64,000 nucleotides of DNA, from positions 132,878 through 196,877 of IMG/VR virus record IMGVR_UViG_3300030419_007641. One strand, written 5' to 3'. This document shows, one piece after another, positions 28,145 through 38,500 of this stretch; positions within the stretch are counted from its first letter, which is position 1, and every line of letters begins with the position of its first letter. This DNA comes from a virus. The position numbers and the translations under genes are program-made. The notes beneath the pieces are model-generated. The model worked only from the letters and a program-made list of their open reading frames with translations. It was not told where the DNA came from and ran no database searches.

Positions 28145-29002
28145 ATGGTTGGAATTATATGCAAAGATAAAGTTGCAGCATTAAATCCTAGCTTGTTTTT
28201 AAATTTTAGACTGGGATTAACTAACTACTTTGACACTAAATTCCATGAAGTAGATAGTGCAGAAGATCTTGAATATATTAATACATTAATTATTGTGGAT
28301 GAGCATTTTGGTCCACATGTATCTATATGGAAAGAGGATAAATTTATTAATAAGCTTAATAAACTTAATATAAGAACACTGGTCTTTAATTTTGAAAAAA
28401 TATTTTCTAGTAAATTTCCATGGAATGTAGATCATCAACAAAAACTAGAAACGATTAATAATATGTATCAGTTTGTTAGTGATGTAGATGACGCGATAAA
28501 ACTCGAAAAGCATGTTATTAATAAGCAATTACTGTCTAAAGATACGGAACTGGAGTATGACTATGCAGAGAAAAAAAATAGAATATTGTTTATAGGTCAA
28601 TCAGACCCTGCTTATAATCCGACCTGGTCATATTCTAGAAGATTTAGTATACTCAACGATTTAAGAAATCGAGTTGAGCTTCCGTTAGATGTCTGTATAA
28701 CAGAGAGAAAACTTTCATATAAAGAATTTTTAACTAAATTAGGTAGTTATAAATTTATCCTTAATCCGTTAGGTACGGGTGATTTTATAAATGTACGATT
28801 TTACGAAGCACTACAACTTGGGTGTATTCCTATACAACAAGTAACCGATAGCATGGTTAAATCATATTCCGAATTAACATCAAATATTTGTCACACCTTT
28901 AAAACATCTAATGAAGTTGAACTCCCCACCGGTTCTTTTAATAAATTTAGCTATTACTTAGAGGATTACTTTAAAGAAATTAACTTGAAAAATTATATTT
29001 GA
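28145..29002 (+). CDS. GT-B/exostosin-like glycosyltransferase
   Basis: LFIGQ and FILNPLG...RFYEALQLGCIPI motifs; TTAAATA immediately upstream. Confidence 0.65.
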   Translation: MVGIICKDKVAALNPSLFLNFRLGLTNYFDTKFHEVDSAEDLEYINTLIIVDEHFGPHVSIWKEDKFINKLNKLNIRTLVFNFEKIFSSKFPWNVDHQQKLETINNMYQFVSDVDDAIKLEKHVINKQLLSKDTELEYDYAEKKNRILFIGQSDPAYNPTWSYSRRFSILNDLRNRVELPLDVCITERKLSYKEFLTKLGSYKFILNPLGTGDFINVRFYEALQLGCIPIQQVTDSMVKSYSELTSNICHTFKTSNEVELPTGSFNKFSYYLEDYFKEINLKNYI

Positions 29003-29016
29003 TACTATAATATAGT

Positions 29017-29598
29017 ATGTTAATTAAGCAGAGTGTTTATGATGGTAAACTAATTCATGAGAGATTTGCCTATAAGTTTTTCCGGAAAGATGTTTCTCCA
29101 TATGGTGATATAGTGGCGTTTAGATCGCCGATGTACGTAAAAGATGCGTTGATTGATTTAGAGGACTCTTTAAGTGATGACTTTATTCATAGCCAAGATG
29201 CAATTAATTTTTGCTGGGAAATTCCTGGAATGTGTCCAATGGGCGCTGTATCCTTTCAGAGACTTTTTAACACTGCGATTGCTAATATTTTATCCGGTAT
29301 TATACAAAAACCAATTAGTATAGATGGTGATGATATTTCTGTGCAGGATAAATTTGTAGGTGGTGATGATAAGGTTAGAAGCGCCGGTAAAGCGAGTGTT
29401 TCTATTACATACTCTAAAGATAATGTAACTATCGGTCATACTGGTATTAACATTACCGCAGGAGATAAAGCACCGCCATTTGCCTATTCTACTAATCTCA
29501 CCGATGATCAAATTGATTATTTTATTAATTCAGTAATTCAATATTTTAATACTGAAGTACAAGATCAATTTGTTGCTACAACAAAAGTAATTGTATGA
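29017..29598 (+). CDS. DUF366-like protein (lipoate/biotin ligase fold)
   Basis: YDG, GDIVAF, I.S.DAINF..E, DGDDI, GKASVSI and HTGIN motifs. Confidence 0.6.
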   Translation: MLIKQSVYDGKLIHERFAYKFFRKDVSPYGDIVAFRSPMYVKDALIDLEDSLSDDFIHSQDAINFCWEIPGMCPMGAVSFQRLFNTAIANILSGIIQKPISIDGDDISVQDKFVGGDDKVRSAGKASVSITYSKDNVTIGHTGINITAGDKAPPFAYSTNLTDDQIDYFINSVIQYFNTEVQDQFVATTKVIV

Positions 29599-29969
29599 AT
29601 TTTTTTCAGCTTCAAAATAAATTGTTTTACTCTAAAAAAAGTAAAACAGAAGATCTAGATACAGAAGGCGAACAAGCATTTGTACCATTTTTGTTTAATA
29701 GGTGGCTTTCTTTTTATAACAAAGACATGTCAGTGTTTGTTAATGAAACACTGAATAGATTTAGTGGTATTTTTGATGATAAACAACAGTCATATAGACT
29801 TTATTATTATCTTATTCCGCGACTAAAATGGCAAAAAATTAGCTATATTAAAAAGAAGAAAAAGGAAATCGAAGAACAAGAGCATCTAAGCTTATTAGCT
29901 AAAAATAAAAATATCTCAAAAAGAGAGCTACTGCAATACGTTGAATTAAGTAAAGTTTATTGTAAATAG
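29595..29969 (+). CDS. gp62: Clamp-loader small subunit (gp62)-like
   Basis: FVPFLFNRWLSF..N..Y...IP motif resembling gp62 homologues. Confidence 0.5.
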   Translation: MNFFQLQNKLFYSKKSKTEDLDTEGEQAFVPFLFNRWLSFYNKDMSVFVNETLNRFSGIFDDKQQSYRLYYYLIPRLKWQKISYIKKKKKEIEEQEHLSLLAKNKNISKRELLQYVELSKVYCK

Positions 29970-29973
29970 CCAT

Positions 29974-30393
29974 ATGGCCACAGCAAGTATTGATAATTTA
30001 GCACCTACAAGAAGTCTCATCGACTTAACACAAAAAGATAAAGGTGATTTTGGGCTCGATGATTATGATTTAAATTTTATTTTTGATGATATTCTTCTAG
30101 TTGAATATGTTGATGAAACAGATGAAGGAGATGAAGTAATTAGAAATGGAATTATCGTTCCAACAAATGCACTAACTAAGGCCTGGCGTAAAGGTAGAAT
30201 AATTTTAGCCGGTCCCGACACTAAGTATGCAAAAGAAGGTGATATTGTTATTTTTCCAAATAACATGGGAGTTTCTATCTCAAATATAAGTGTAGCGGGT
30301 AAGGGAAAAGTTGAAAAGGGCATTTTCTTAAACGAAGAAAGAATGTTTGGGATTTGCAAAAAGAAAAATGATAGTACAACGGTCAACCCTTGA
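29974..30393 (+). CDS. GroES-like co-chaperonin (gp31 analogue)
   Basis: DILLVE, GIIVP mobile loop, GRIILAGP and EGDIVIF motifs. Confidence 0.75.
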   Translation: MATASIDNLAPTRSLIDLTQKDKGDFGLDDYDLNFIFDDILLVEYVDETDEGDEVIRNGIIVPTNALTKAWRKGRIILAGPDTKYAKEGDIVIFPNNMGVSISNISVAGKGKVEKGIFLNEERMFGICKKKNDSTTVNP

Positions 30394-30745
30394 TTCACTT
30401 TTACTAAATAATGTATGTGATATAAGATTTCCTCGCAGGTCGGTAACGCCAGGTCAAGCACCTACCCGTAGAATGCTGTGCACAAAATCACAATCTTTAT
30501 TAAATTCTGTTAACGGTAGGATTTCTTTAAATTATTTTGCGCCAAAAGGACCACCACACTCTTATTTAGCTCCAGATAATTTAGTAGTTGCATGGGATAT
30601 ACTAATGCAAGATTATAGAAACATAAACATGAATCAATGTGATTTAATTAGCGAAATTCCAGCAAATGAAGAGTTTTGGATTTACTTTAATGAAAGTATA
30701 TATCCTATGTCAGCTCAGCAAAAATTTAATTTTATGAATTCATGA
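30368..30745 (+). CDS. SH3-like/DUF2693-type hypothetical protein
   Basis: VCDIRF..TRRMLCT and VAWD...YRNI motifs. Confidence 0.5.
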   Translation: MIVQRSTLDSLLLNNVCDIRFPRRSVTPGQAPTRRMLCTKSQSLLNSVNGRISLNYFAPKGPPHSYLAPDNLVVAWDILMQDYRNINMNQCDLISEIPANEEFWIYFNESIYPMSAQQKFNFMNS

Positions 30746-31086
30746 ATGTTAGTTTAGAAAAAGCTACAAACTTTTTAAAGCCGTTTTTATTAAGAGACAT
30801 CATTATAAAAACAGATAAAAAGATATTAAAGAGAGGTAAGTTGAAAATTTTTCAGGTTAAACAATATTATATTAATTTAACGTTAGAATATAATGATGCT
30901 GTAAAATCTTATGAGATCCCTTATCCTTTTAAGGTTCAGAGTACTGAAGAAGGAGCCATTTTAAATTATCAATTAAGTTCCTTTATACCTAAAAAGCAAA
31001 TGAATAGTATAAAGTTTTTAGATAGTTCTTCTAAATCCAAACTTTATAACAATCTTGTTTATGTCTTGACTTCTATAGAGAGTTAA
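30742..31086 (+). CDS. Hypothetical protein
   Basis: 114-aa ORF overlapping the upstream stop (ATGA). Confidence 0.5.
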   Translation: MNVSLEKATNFLKPFLLRDIIIKTDKKILKRGKLKIFQVKQYYINLTLEYNDAVKSYEIPYPFKVQSTEEGAILNYQLSSFIPKKQMNSIKFLDSSSKSKLYNNLVYVLTSIES

Positions 31087-31093
31087 TTATAAT
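31066..31093 (+). promoter_or_regulatory. sigma70-like early promoter TTGACT-N16-TATAAT
   Basis: Near-consensus hexamers; GTG start 5 nt downstream. Confidence 0.7.
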
Positions 31094-31098
31094 TAAGT

Positions 31099-32736
31099 GT
31101 GGTAGGTGGTTTATTAGATAATTTTCCGGATGGCTATACTCCAAATCCGGCTCAAATAAAATTACTAAAAAATATTGATCAGGCGTTCAGTGAAGGTTAT
31201 AAGTTTATTATTTGTAATGCGCCTACAGGTTCCGGCAAGAGTTTTATATCGAAAACTCTTGCCAATGCATCACGAGAGCCTTCACAAAATTTTAAAGACC
31301 TAATAACTTCTTATACGGCATTTAAAAAGGATCATACAGGTACATATACTCATGAAGAGGAATGTCAGAGTGAACTACCTGCAGGTACATCTGCTCTTAC
31401 AATAACTAAAGCTCTACAAGACCAGTATAAGAATTTATTTAATGATGTTAGCATATTAAAGGGTAAAAGTAATTATGTAAGTGAAATTGACTCAAATATT
31501 GATGTAGAGTTAGAGTCATTAATTATACCTAAAAATGTGTTAGAAGATCATAGGCGACGACATAAGTGTCCGTATCATAATAACCGCCGAGATGTATTAA
31601 CACGTAAATTTGCTGCTCTAAATTATAATATGTTTTTTTCTTTACCAGATCACGTGAAGAGGCGGCAATATTTAATTTGTGACGAGGCTGCAGAATTAGA
31701 AGATCAGTTAGTTAAAGAATTTTCCTGTAATATTAACTTTCAAATGTTAGGTAGGTTAGGTATACAGGTAAGACCGTTTTACTCAAAAAATAATATTAAC
31801 ATAATAAAATGGATTAATAATTTATTAATAGATTTAAACGATAAGGTAGATGACTTACACGATAAAATTAATAATACAAAATCTAATAATAAAAAATTTT
31901 TAATAGAGCTCAAGAAACAAATAGTCAGTGTACGTAATCTACACTCTAAGCTAGCATTAATTATTGAAACTTGGAATGATAGTGAGTATTTATTTGAAAC
32001 TAATAAAGAGGGTATTACTTTTATGCCATTAAAAGTAAACAACTTGTCGGGTCGACTATTCAGGCATGCTGATAAAGTGGTGTTAATGTCGGCTACAATT
32101 ATTGACCCCGCAAATTTTTGCAAAAGTCTAGGTATAGATAAATTTAAATATGTTGAAGCTGAATCTTCTTTCAATGCTGAGGACGCTCCTATTCGCTGCA
32201 CTACTAAGGTTAAATTAAACTATCATAACTTAAAACGGTCACTGCCTAAAATAATAAAACAAATACAAGAAATTTGCAAATTTCATAAAAATGATAAGGG
32301 TATTATACATACTCATAACAATACTATAACATCATTTTTGTCAAATAAGCTAGATGATGATAGATTTTTAATTAGGGAGCCTGGTGTCCGTAACGAAGTA
32401 TTATTAGAGCAGCATTTAAACAATAATGATCCAACAGTACTAGTATCACCTTCTATGTCACACGGTGTAGATTTAAAGGATGAATTGGCTAGATTTCAAA
32501 TTATTGTTAAAGCACCATATTTACCTACAAAAGATAAGAGAATTGCAAAATTAATGAAAGATGACTTTAATTGGTATACAAACAAGATGCTATGCTCATT
32601 AATTCAGTCGTGTGGACGTGGTGTTAGATCAAAAAAAGATCACTGCGTTACATATATTCTCGATGGTGCGATAGTAGAAAGCGTTGTAAATAACAAACAT
32701 AAACTACCGAAATATTTCATCGATAGGTTTTTGTAA
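31099..32736 (+). CDS. DinG/XPD-family SF2 helicase
   Basis: APTGSGKS, DEA, MSAT, GVDL and QSCGRGVRS motifs. Confidence 0.9.
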   Translation: MVGGLLDNFPDGYTPNPAQIKLLKNIDQAFSEGYKFIICNAPTGSGKSFISKTLANASREPSQNFKDLITSYTAFKKDHTGTYTHEEECQSELPAGTSALTITKALQDQYKNLFNDVSILKGKSNYVSEIDSNIDVELESLIIPKNVLEDHRRRHKCPYHNNRRDVLTRKFAALNYNMFFSLPDHVKRRQYLICDEAAELEDQLVKEFSCNINFQMLGRLGIQVRPFYSKNNINIIKWINNLLIDLNDKVDDLHDKINNTKSNNKKFLIELKKQIVSVRNLHSKLALIIETWNDSEYLFETNKEGITFMPLKVNNLSGRLFRHADKVVLMSATIIDPANFCKSLGIDKFKYVEAESSFNAEDAPIRCTTKVKLNYHNLKRSLPKIIKQIQEICKFHKNDKGIIHTHNNTITSFLSNKLDDDRFLIREPGVRNEVLLEQHLNNNDPTVLVSPSMSHGVDLKDELARFQIIVKAPYLPTKDKRIAKLMKDDFNWYTNKMLCSLIQSCGRGVRSKKDHCVTYILDGAIVESVVNNKHKLPKYFIDRFL

Positions 32737-32749
32737 TAAATATATATAA

Positions 32750-33427
32750 GTGAAGAAAGAAGCCTTCCATTTTGAAATAAAAGATCTTTTAACGCAATTT
32801 ATTGCAGCGTTTGATGACGTGGTTATTAAGCGGCATAATAAGCAAAGACAAGCTAAACAAGAGATAGAAGTTCGTTATGTATTTGCGCCAAAGCAAAGAG
32901 TAATGTTTGATATTATCAATAAAGCTCAAAATTTAACTCTCCCTGTGGTATCTGTTGATCTATCTTCTATAAGCAGAGATGAGTCTAGAGTTTTTAATAA
33001 GCTTACACCCTCTTCAATTCCTACACAGTCATCCTCTTATTCGAATGATACTTTTTCACAATTTTTAATGCCTGTACCTGTTAATCTAGAAGTCAATATG
33101 TCTATATTGGCTAGATATATGTCAGATGTCGATCAGATTATATCTAATTTTGTACCTTACACTAATCCCTATATAATACTATCTTGGAAAGTACCTGATG
33201 ACTTTGGAGCAGACTATATACAAGAAATAAGAAGTGAAGTCCTATGGTCCGGAGACCTTAATTATAATACTCCGACAGATACAACATATAGCGATCAATT
33301 TAGAATTACTGTTGATACGGCCTTTACAATTAAAGGGTGGCTGTTTGCCGAACAACAAGCCACTTCACCGGCAATATTTGAAGTTAATGATGATATAATT
33401 AATGTAGTTCAACCTAATATATTATGA
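32750..33427 (+). CDS. gp15: Tail terminator/sheath stabiliser, gp15-like
   Basis: QFIAAFDDVVI, V.YVFAPKQ, LPVVS, PVPVNL and FTIKGWLF motifs. Confidence 0.8.
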   Translation: MKKEAFHFEIKDLLTQFIAAFDDVVIKRHNKQRQAKQEIEVRYVFAPKQRVMFDIINKAQNLTLPVVSVDLSSISRDESRVFNKLTPSSIPTQSSSYSNDTFSQFLMPVPVNLEVNMSILARYMSDVDQIISNFVPYTNPYIILSWKVPDDFGADYIQEIRSEVLWSGDLNYNTPTDTTYSDQFRITVDTAFTIKGWLFAEQQATSPAIFEVNDDIINVVQPNIL

Positions 33428-33948
33428 GATTTACCTTCCAGCAACTAGGATATGGTACCCTGTCAGCAAATAACTCTAGAGTACCTACAAGCTATACAGA
33501 AAAAAACTCTTTATCAGCGATACCTTCTATTACTAATATCTTTTATTCCACTACTGGTTCTAAAAATATGATTAGAGGTCAGACCTCTATAACTATTGAT
33601 AATAATAACAATTTTATTCTATATGGAAAGAGGTTTAATTTAAATAATAGCTTCTATCTAAGTGCTAATACAACAGACTTTTTATCCGGCGGTGTTACAC
33701 TAGTTACAGATTACGAATTAATATCAACCACACAATCAGATTCAATTAGCGGATATAGACTTAATAGCAACTTTTATACTGTAGCGAGCGATAACATTGC
33801 AACTATCTATATACCGGCTTCTACCCTTAGCGGGGCTTCTACAACAGGATCAACCGGCACGAGTGGTAAATTTGTATTTATTACAGCAACTAAAGCCGGG
33901 TGGGATTCATCATATCAAGCTAGTAGCTCTATCATTAACATAGCATAA
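33424..33948 (+). CDS. Ser/Thr-rich virion-type protein (Ig-like?)
   Basis: Beta-rich and Ser/Thr-rich; lies between gp15 and the portal. Confidence 0.5.
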   Translation: MRFTFQQLGYGTLSANNSRVPTSYTEKNSLSAIPSITNIFYSTTGSKNMIRGQTSITIDNNNNFILYGKRFNLNNSFYLSANTTDFLSGGVTLVTDYELISTTQSDSISGYRLNSNFYTVASDNIATIYIPASTLSGASTTGSTGTSGKFVFITATKAGWDSSYQASSSIINIA

Positions 33949-33958
33949 ATATATAAAG

Positions 33959-35749
33959 ATGCCAGGACCAGGACCTTCAACTTCACCAGACCAAAATCGT
34001 TCATATGTAACTAATGATGGGCGCGCCTCTACCTTTGGTAGGAATCTAGTTCAATATATTCAAAATAGACTTCCGTATGCAAATAACGTCGAGGATCAGT
34101 CGTTAAATCCAAAATATAAATTTTTTGCGAAAGCAGGAATGAGGCGCGCTGAAGCACTAGCCCGTGCATCTGTATCTTCTTCGAACCCTTATAATAATTT
34201 ACCTATTGGTGATTTTGGAAAAGATACTACATTTCAAGATGTCATGTACGCAAATGTACAGGATGACAAGGGAGGTAGATTAAGAGACTATAGAATAATG
34301 GCTGCTTATTCCGAAGTAGCTGATGCTTTAGATGAAATATGTGATGAAACTATAAATCCGGACGAATCTGGATATGTTGCTAAGCTTCAATTAAAAAATA
34401 CAGATCTCACAATTGCAGAAAAAAAGGAACTAGACGATGAATTTGATAAGTATATAACCTATTACGACTTAAAAAATAGGGGCTGGGAATATTTTAGGCA
34501 ATTGCTTGTTGAGGGTGAAGTTTTCTTTGAGCTTATTATTCATGAAGGGTATGTTGATGATGGTGTTCTTGGAGTTATTAATTTACCAGCAGAAATAATA
34601 GATCCCGTCTATAATAACATACAAAATATGCTCGTAAAGGGGTTCATTTATAGAAAGCCTATATTTACCCCAAATAACCCTGCCAAGGTAGAGAAAGTGG
34701 AATTTATTCCTATGGATCAAAATCAGATTGTATATATTAACTCCGGCGTGTATAATGATACTAAAAATTTCGTGGTGCCATTCTTAGAAAATGCCCGTCG
34801 CCCCTATAGGCAGCTGTCTTTAATTGAAGATGCAATTGTAATATATAGATTAGTAAGGGCTCCAGAACGACTGGTATTTAATATTGATGTAGGTAACATG
34901 TCACCACCGAAAGCTGAAGCATACTTAAAGAAACTTATTCAAAATTACTGGTCTAGAAAAACATTTGACCTTGATCAAAATGATGTGGTTAAAAAGTTTA
35001 ATCCGCAATCCATGCTTGATGCATTTTGGTTTGCAAAACGAGCAGGTCAAGATGCTTCTACTGTTAATCAGCTCGACGGTGCACAGAATTTAGGTGAACT
35101 TTCCGATCTAATGTACTTTATTAAGAAGCTTTACAGGGCTCTTAAGGTACCATCAGCTCGACTTGACCCAGAGCAGTCTGTAGAAGCCGGCGGCACTTCT
35201 ATTCTTAGAGAAGAATTAAAATTTGCAAGATTTGTTATTAGGCAGCAGGAACGATTTGCAGCTGGTATTAAGAGGGGATTTATTACACATCTTAAATTAA
35301 AAAAATTATTTGAAAAATTCGATCTGATAGAAACTAATATAGAGGTTGTATTTAATGTACCTACTAACTTTTTTGAATTAAGAGAAAGCCAGAGACTAGA
35401 ATTAAAATCTGGTGCATATACATCTATAGCTGCAGATTCATTTATATCTGCAACCTATGCGCAGAAAAAATATTTAGGCTGGAAAGATAGAGACATTTTA
35501 GCTAACCGAGAGTTTTTGAGAAAAGATGCTGAACTAGGATGGGAGCTAGCTCAAATAGGAGCAGCTGGCCCAGCATGGAAAGAACAAGCAATCGCCGGTG
35601 AGCTAGCAGCTGGAGAAGAAGGAGCCGTTGACATGGGCGGTGAAGGAGGAGGAGGGGGTATACCAGACTTTGGTGGTGGTCCCGCTGATGTAGGTGGTGA
35701 AGAAGTAGAAGTAGAAGCCGAGACAGAAGTAGAAGCTCCTGTAGAATAA
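33959..35749 (+). CDS. gp20: Portal vertex protein
   Basis: QLSLIEDAIVIYRLVRAPERLVF.IDVGNM...KAE, W...R and ILREELKF motifs. Confidence 0.95.
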   Translation: MPGPGPSTSPDQNRSYVTNDGRASTFGRNLVQYIQNRLPYANNVEDQSLNPKYKFFAKAGMRRAEALARASVSSSNPYNNLPIGDFGKDTTFQDVMYANVQDDKGGRLRDYRIMAAYSEVADALDEICDETINPDESGYVAKLQLKNTDLTIAEKKELDDEFDKYITYYDLKNRGWEYFRQLLVEGEVFFELIIHEGYVDDGVLGVINLPAEIIDPVYNNIQNMLVKGFIYRKPIFTPNNPAKVEKVEFIPMDQNQIVYINSGVYNDTKNFVVPFLENARRPYRQLSLIEDAIVIYRLVRAPERLVFNIDVGNMSPPKAEAYLKKLIQNYWSRKTFDLDQNDVVKKFNPQSMLDAFWFAKRAGQDASTVNQLDGAQNLGELSDLMYFIKKLYRALKVPSARLDPEQSVEAGGTSILREELKFARFVIRQQERFAAGIKRGFITHLKLKKLFEKFDLIETNIEVVFNVPTNFFELRESQRLELKSGAYTSIAADSFISATYAQKKYLGWKDRDILANREFLRKDAELGWELAQIGAAGPAWKEQAIAGELAAGEEGAVDMGGEGGGGGIPDFGGGPADVGGEEVEVEAETEVEAPVE

Positions 35750-36097
35750 CTACCTCGAAGGATTCATACTAAAGAATTGAGTTCTAAAGTAAACTACCCC
35801 AGCAGCAGAGCCGATAACAGATAGCTGATCCGAATTTGTTAATCCTCTAAAAGTAAAGCTTTCATCATTTTTAACAGACATTGCAAATGCGCTTACTGTT
35901 TTATTATCTGTACCTATGTAATTCTGATCAAATGCACTTAAAGTAGCACCTGTTCTGTTAACTAAAATAACTTCTGAGCAGGGTTGTGCAGTTAGCTGTG
36001 TTACTGCAGTAGTTACAATAGTCTGAGCAAAAGATCTGCATTGATTAATATTAAAATATTTACTATAAGCATTACTAGTAGGTATCTGATCCGCCAT
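35750..36097 (-). CDS. Hypothetical late (virion) protein
   Basis: TAAATA directly upstream on the minus strand; beta-rich. Confidence 0.55.
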   Translation of the reverse strand: MADQIPTSNAYSKYFNINQCRSFAQTIVTTAVTQLTAQPCSEVILVNRTGATLSAFDQNYIGTDNKTVSAFAMSVKNDESFTFRGLTNSDQLSVIGSAAGVVYFRTQFFSMNPSR

Positions 36098-36126
36098 ATA
36101 TTTATTTAGTCTGAATAAATAATTTT

Positions 36127-37374
36127 ATGGCACTTGCATGCACAATAAAACCGCTTTCTGCATTTCTATCTACAAATCTTAATAATAAAATACAAACATT
36201 TGATAATTTAGGTGATAGAATAAAAAGATCACTTGGCTATCCTCTTGTATCTTTAGAAATACATACAGATCAACTAAGAGAAAATATTCAAATAGCCATA
36301 GAGTATTTTACTAAATACGCTGGTTATACAAGAGAGTATCTAATTTTTGATTCTAACATGTATGAACAAGATAAGGGTATTAGATTAGATTTACTATATA
36401 CTTTAAGTAATACTAATTTAGATACTTGTGCTAGAAAGATCGGAGGAAACAATCCTCAAGGCCCGGGCCCTGAATGGTATGGTAGCTCACCATCAAGTAT
36501 TTACGTTACAACGTCTACCCTAAGTTCATCAGTTTTTCAATACGGTATAGCTAATCCTACTTCACCTACATTATCCGCTTCTTTATCTTCTTGCTTTACA
36601 GATAATTTAGATAAATTTGAATTATTAGACGCTTCTCTATATACTGCGATTACCTCATTAAGTTCGCACACCGGCGCATTTGGTGGTAATGCTGCTATAC
36701 ATGGTGTAGGTCATCATAATTTTGGTCAGGTGTTAAGCGCATATTTTGCAAAAAGCTATAGACAAACCTTTACTCTAGAAGGATCTGCTACAGACTCTAT
36801 CTTTTTTCAGAATGTATTTGATTATGATGTAATGGATTATAGAAAAGTTGTTGAGGTAACTGACTTTGAAGAAGGCTCAACAACCGGAATTAACACCTTA
36901 TTTACATTAGAGCAGACCTTAGCTCAGCAAACATATTTTAGTTATGCACTCGGAAACTATGGATTTGATCTTGTTTCATGGTATACATTAAAAGAATGGA
37001 TTGATACAAGAGAAAAAATGTTAGCTATACGACGAGATGTTAAATTTGATCCTCGAACGCAATATATGCAAATGTATCCTCAACCTGGGTCTGAAAGATT
37101 TTATGGTGTTATTTCATGTTACTTGGAAAGACCAATTAGAGATGTAATAAAAGAACAATGGGTATATGAATATGCTTTAGCTCTAACTATGATTGTTATA
37201 GGTAGAGTAAGAGGTAAATTTGGCGATGTTTCATTATTAGGCGGGGGTTCCCTTAATTATGCTGATATGTTAAATGAGGGCTTAGAGCGAAAAAAAGAAT
37301 TGGAAGCTAAATTAATGGAAGGACCATCTCCTGGATTCGGCGATGCTGATCCATCAATGTTCTTTGTAGGATGA
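36127..37374 (+). CDS. gp13: Neck protein gp13-like, with a Ser/Thr-rich insertion
   Basis: RIKRSLGYPLV.LE...DQL, YALAL..GRVRGKF and LLGGG.LN motifs. Confidence 0.85.
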   Translation: MALACTIKPLSAFLSTNLNNKIQTFDNLGDRIKRSLGYPLVSLEIHTDQLRENIQIAIEYFTKYAGYTREYLIFDSNMYEQDKGIRLDLLYTLSNTNLDTCARKIGGNNPQGPGPEWYGSSPSSIYVTTSTLSSSVFQYGIANPTSPTLSASLSSCFTDNLDKFELLDASLYTAITSLSSHTGAFGGNAAIHGVGHHNFGQVLSAYFAKSYRQTFTLEGSATDSIFFQNVFDYDVMDYRKVVEVTDFEEGSTTGINTLFTLEQTLAQQTYFSYALGNYGFDLVSWYTLKEWIDTREKMLAIRRDVKFDPRTQYMQMYPQPGSERFYGVISCYLERPIRDVIKEQWVYEYALALTMIVIGRVRGKFGDVSLLGGGSLNYADMLNEGLERKKELEAKLMEGPSPGFGDADPSMFFVG

Positions 37375-37811
37375 GGAAAAAATGGCGGCAAGGTATTTTT
37401 GTACCTAAAAATCAAGACAAATTTATTGGTAATAAAGCGACCTATAGATCAGGGTTGGAGTTAAAGTTTTTTAGATTTTGTGATGATAGTCCAAATGTAC
37501 TGAAATGGGGTAGCGAAAACGTAGTAGTTCCATATAAAAGCCCCCTTGATAATAGAATGCACAAATATTATGTTGATAATTTGGTCATTATAAAAGAGGG
37601 TGAAGAGATTAAAAAATATCTTGTTGAAATTAAACCATATAAACAGACAAAAAAACCTCAAACCAAGTATAGAAAAAAATCCCACTTGCTTTACGAGCAA
37701 AGAGCTTTTGTTACTAATCAAGCTAAATGGCAGGCAGCTCGAGAATATTGTAAAAAATGCGGATATAGCTTTATTATTATTACAGAAAAGGAGCTTTATT
37801 TAAAGAAGTGA
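37371..37811 (+). CDS. gp4: Head completion protein gp4 (TnsA-like nuclease fold)
   Basis: YRSGLE..F..CD, WGSE, HKYYVD, VEIKP and NQAKW motifs. Confidence 0.9.
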   Translation: MRKKWRQGIFVPKNQDKFIGNKATYRSGLELKFFRFCDDSPNVLKWGSENVVVPYKSPLDNRMHKYYVDNLVIIKEGEEIKKYLVEIKPYKQTKKPQTKYRKKSHLLYEQRAFVTNQAKWQAAREYCKKCGYSFIIITEKELYLKK

Positions 37812-37823
37812 ATAAATAATTGT

Positions 37824-38489
37824 ATGGCATTAAAACTTAACTTGGTTGTTGAAAAACCTGACATAGATGATCAGTTCGAATACATTGAGGAAGAAGTAGA
37901 TAGAAATTCACCTACTAATTTATATATAAAAGGTCCTTACATGATGGCGGAAGGTGTTAATAGGAACAAACGATTATATCCCCTAGGAGAGTTAGAAAGA
38001 GAAGTTAGAAGATATAACGAAGAAATGATTGTACCGGGACGTGCAATGGGTGAGCTAAATCATCCAACTTCAGCAGATGTAGATCTAGAAAGGGCATGCC
38101 ATATGGTAACAGAGCTCACACAAGACGGAAATGTATTTTATGGTAAATCAAAAGTATTATCAACTCCATGTGGGCAAATAGTAAGGTCACTAATTAATGA
38201 TGGCGTTAAAGTTGGAATGTCATCTAGAGCTTTAGGTACGTTAGAAGAAAGCCAAGAGCACAACACAGTTAAAAATATGAAGCTTGTTGCTATCGACTGT
38301 GTTGCAGATCCATCATATCCTAGTGCGTTTGTTAATGGTATTTTAGAATCAAAGCAGTGGGTTATTGCTGGTGATGGAAAATACGAAGAAGTGTATGAAA
38401 ATTTTGAAAAATCATTACAAAGACTCCCTAAAAAGGATGTAGATTTCTTTTTACGTGATAGAATTTTAAACTTTATTAAGTCAATATAA
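37824..38489 (+). CDS. gp21: Prohead core protease
   Basis: N.NKRLY, GELNHP, TPCG, GMSSRALG and DCVADPS motifs. Confidence 0.95.
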   Translation: MALKLNLVVEKPDIDDQFEYIEEEVDRNSPTNLYIKGPYMMAEGVNRNKRLYPLGELEREVRRYNEEMIVPGRAMGELNHPTSADVDLERACHMVTELTQDGNVFYGKSKVLSTPCGQIVRSLINDGVKVGMSSRALGTLEESQEHNTVKNMKLVAIDCVADPSYPSAFVNGILESKQWVIAGDGKYEEVYENFEKSLQRLPKKDVDFFLRDRILNFIKSI

Positions 38490-38500
38490 TAAATAATATT

